From positions 54,492 to 118,491 of the forward strand of contig DLOY01000084.1 of assembly GCA_002478545.1 (NCBI GenBank): DNA of 64,000 nt. The letters run 5' to 3'. Positions 61,672 through 64,000 of this stretch are shown here, piece after piece. The notes below the pieces were generated by a model. It was not told the origin of the DNA and searched no databases. It was given only the letters and a program-made list of their open reading frames with translations. The position numbers and the translations under genes are program-made. Numbering within the stretch: position 1 is the first letter of the stretch; the number at the start of each line of letters is the position of its first letter. Source of the DNA: Micrococcales bacterium UBA7472 (GTDB lineage Bacteria; Actinomycetota; Actinomycetes; Actinomycetales; Microbacteriaceae).

Positions 61672-63553
61672 CGTGAGGCACTTTGGTGCCAACCACCTGA
61701 GCAACGATTTCGTGAGCTATGGCCTGTGGAGTAAGACCTAGTCGCTCCAAAATCTCCTCACGCTCTGCATGCTCGAGGAATTCAGCTGGAACTCCCACCT
61801 CGTTGAGTCCAGTGTCAACGCCGTTTGCTCTTAGCTCCTGACGTACTCGGCTTCCAAAACCGCCGACTCGAACGCCATCCTCAAGGGTCACGACCAGCCG
61901 GTGCTCGGCCGCAAAATCGATGATGCTCTTTTGGACAGGAACAATCCATCTCGGGTCAACCACCGTTGCACCGATGCCCTGTGCGGCCAGTAACTCGGCA
62001 ACTTTCATCGCGGTGTGCGCAAAGGGTCCGACTGCGACGATCAAAACATCCTTGCTGGCTGATCGGTGCAGCACATCAACGCCATCCTCCGTGCGGAATT
62101 CGGCTGGAAGGTTGCTTGCCACCGAACCCTTTGGAAAACGAATCACGGTCGGGGCATCGTTGATGCCAATAGCCTCTTGCAACTCTTCGCGCAGCGTCGC
62201 CTCATCGCGCGGGGCGGCAAGCCTAATACCTGGGACTACCTGAAGGATAGACAGATCCCAGACACCGTGGTGCGAGGCTCCATCTGGGCCAGTAATTCCA
62301 GCACGATCTAGAACGAAGGTGACTCCTGCCTTGTGCAGTGCAACATCCATGAGAAGTTGGTCAAAGGCGCGATTTAGAAAGGTTGAATAAATCGCAACAA
62401 CGGGGTGCAATCCCCCAAACGCCATACCTGCAGCAGATGCGACCGCGTGCTGCTCTGCAATCCCCACATCAAAGGTTCGGTCAGGGAATTCGGCCGCAAA
62501 CTTATCAAGTCCAACCGGTATCAACATTGCGCCGGTAATGGCGACTACATTCTGGTTTTGCTGGCCGATTTGGACCATTTGGTCAGCGAACACACCAGTC
62601 CATGACTTGCTGCCGCTTACCTTGATGGGCATGCCGGACTCGGGGTTTATCTGGCCAACCGCGTGGAACTGGTCGGCCTTATCCTCAAGTGCCGGGTTAT
62701 AGCCTCGGCCCTTTTGGGTAATCGCATGCACAATCACAGGTGCACCGTAGCTCTTTGCTAATTGGAGGGCCTCTTCCATCGCCTTTAGGTCATGGCCGTC
62801 GATGGGTCCTATGTATTTGATTCCAAGGTTAGGGAAGATTCCCTGCGGTGCATTTTCGGTAACTATCGAATGTCCGGCTGCGTGGGCAGCATCGAATACC
62901 GCTCTTCCTAGGAATCCAAATTTGTAAAACAGCTTCTTGGAGAGTCGGTAGCCCTTTTTGTACCAACCCTCGGTGCGAATGGCGTTCAAAGTCTTTGCAA
63001 ATCCACCGATGGTCGGTGCATAGGAGCGACCGTTGTCGTTTACGACAACAACCAGCTTGCGGTCATTATCGTGGCTGATGTTGTTCAGAGCCTCCCACGC
63101 CATGCCACCCGTGAGTGCACCATCACCAATAACAGCGACAACATGTCTATCCTGACCGGTTGACTTGAAGGCGCGACTAATCCCATCTGCCCAAGAGAGG
63201 GAGGATGAGGCGTGAGAAGACTCGACAATGTCATGCTCTGACTCACTGCGTTGCGGATAGCCTGCGATGCCGTCCTTCTGACGCAGCCTTGAGAAGTCAT
63301 GGCGACCGGTCAGCAGCTTGTGTACGTAGCTCTGGTGTCCAGTGTCCCAAACAATCGAGTCTCTCGGTGAATCGAAAACCCTGTGAATTGCAACGGTGGT
63401 TTCAACCACACCTAGGTTCGGTCCGAGGTGACCGCCAGTCTTTGATACGGACTCGACTAGGTAGTCACGGATCTCCTGACACAGCGCACTCAGCTCAGCG
63501 TCGCTGAGGCTCTTGAGGACCTGGGGCTTCGTTACCCTGCGAAGAATATCCAT
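61616..63553 (-). CDS. dxs: 1-deoxy-D-xylulose-5-phosphate synthase
   Basis: GGHLGPNLG.VE, DTGHQSY.HK, GDGALTGG...NDN, DVGIAEQH, DRAG..G.DG.SH. Confidence 0.98.
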   Translation of the reverse strand: MDILRRVTKPQVLKSLSDAELSALCQEIRDYLVESVSKTGGHLGPNLGVVETTVAIHRVFDSPRDSIVWDTGHQSYVHKLLTGRHDFSRLRQKDGIAGYPQRSESEHDIVESSHASSSLSWADGISRAFKSTGQDRHVVAVIGDGALTGGMAWEALNNISHDNDRKLVVVVNDNGRSYAPTIGGFAKTLNAIRTEGWYKKGYRLSKKLFYKFGFLGRAVFDAAHAAGHSIVTENAPQGIFPNLGIKYIGPIDGHDLKAMEEALQLAKSYGAPVIVHAITQKGRGYNPALEDKADQFHAVGQINPESGMPIKVSGSKSWTGVFADQMVQIGQQNQNVVAITGAMLIPVGLDKFAAEFPDRTFDVGIAEQHAVASAAGMAFGGLHPVVAIYSTFLNRAFDQLLMDVALHKAGVTFVLDRAGITGPDGASHHGVWDLSILQVVPGIRLAAPRDEATLREELQEAIGINDAPTVIRFPKGSVASNLPAEFRTEDGVDVLHRSASKDVLIVAVGPFAHTAMKVAELLAAQGIGATVVDPRWIVPVQKSIIDFAAEHRLVVTLEDGVRVGGFGSRVRQELRANGVDTGLNEVGVPAEFLEHAEREEILERLGLTPQAIAHEIVAQVVGTKVPHAKPLEGERTQLGSEAQLG

Positions 63554-63587
63554 CTTTACCTAAACCCAAATTGGATTTAGTTGATTC

Positions 63588-64000
63588 CTAGGCGACCAGG
63601 GATCGAAGGACGTACTGCAGGATTCCACCGTTTCGGAAGTAGTCGGCCTCACCGGGGGTGTCGATGCGGACGATGGCATCAAACTCGATGATTGACTTAC
63701 CGGCCGGAGAGTGTTCGGAAGGCTTGGCAACCACACGCACGGTCTTCGGAGTTACGCCTTCATTGAGCTTTTCAATTCCGGTGACATCGAACACCTCGGT
63801 GCCGTCAAGGCCGAGTGAATCAGCGCTCTCCCCCTTCGGGAACTGTAGCGGGAGCACGCCCATACCAATCAGGTTTGATCGGTGGATTCGTTCAAAGCTC
63901 TCGGCAATCACAACTTTGATGCCAAGCAAACTGGTTCCCTTGGCAGCCCAGTCGCGTGAAGATCCGGAACCATACTCCTTGCCTGCAAGAGCAACTAGCG
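63588..64000 (-). CDS. acnA: Aconitate hydratase, C-terminal part (5' end outside the window)
   Basis: [52 protein letters not shown]. Confidence 0.97.
   Translation of the reverse strand, partial: LVALAGKEYGSGSSRDWAAKGTSLLGIKVVIAESFERIHRSNLIGMGVLPLQFPKGESADSLGLDGTEVFDVTGIEKLNEGVTPKTVRVVAKPSEHSPAGKSIIEFDAIVRIDTPGEADYFRNGGILQYVLRSLVA

Noticed and set aside
174..63507. Many short alternative-frame and antisense ORFs in the track (e.g. 33975-34508, 42394-42852, 17554-17967)
   Set aside because: They lie within well-supported genes, show no recognisable motifs, and are expected shadows of codon bias.
1..64000. CRISPR array, IS element, prophage, toxin-antitoxin or defence system
   Set aside because: No spaced direct repeats and no such proteins; nearly all bases are explained by housekeeping genes.

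Overview
Gene-dense core-genome segment from a streamlined actinobacterium. Gene order and protein sequences suggest Microbacteriaceae, possibly an Aquiluna/Rhodoluna-like freshwater lineage (inference, not searched). About 67 CDS (partial lgt and acnA at the edges) and 3 tRNAs (Gly-GCC, Cys-GCA, Val-GAC). Most genes lie in long minus-strand runs: trp/his, rpe-rsmB-fmt-priA-metK-coaBC-rpoZ-gmk, pyr/car, nusB-efp-aro-mltG-ruvX-alaS, rpsD, rarA, relA-secFD-yajC-ruvBAC-yebC-pdxTS-HIT-thrS. A more variable block surrounds the tRNAs: short VIT1/CCC1, mqo, a secreted Fn3-like 5'-nucleotidase, amtB and nhaA. It is followed by zapE, sseA-sufE, a RibD-like gene, DUF3000, rnd, dxs and acnA. I saw no mobile element, CRISPR array, prophage or defence system, and no clearly novel multi-gene system. 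The most interesting signals are regulatory. Stop codons (TAG is the commonest) repeatedly double as the TAnnnT -10 box of an apparently leaderless downstream gene. There is also a PyrR-binding RNA occluding its own SD, GlnR-like boxes plus a palindrome before amtB, a DtxR/IdeR-like box before a minimal VIT1 gene, and a structured rpsD leader. All product calls come from motif recognition and synteny, not database searches.
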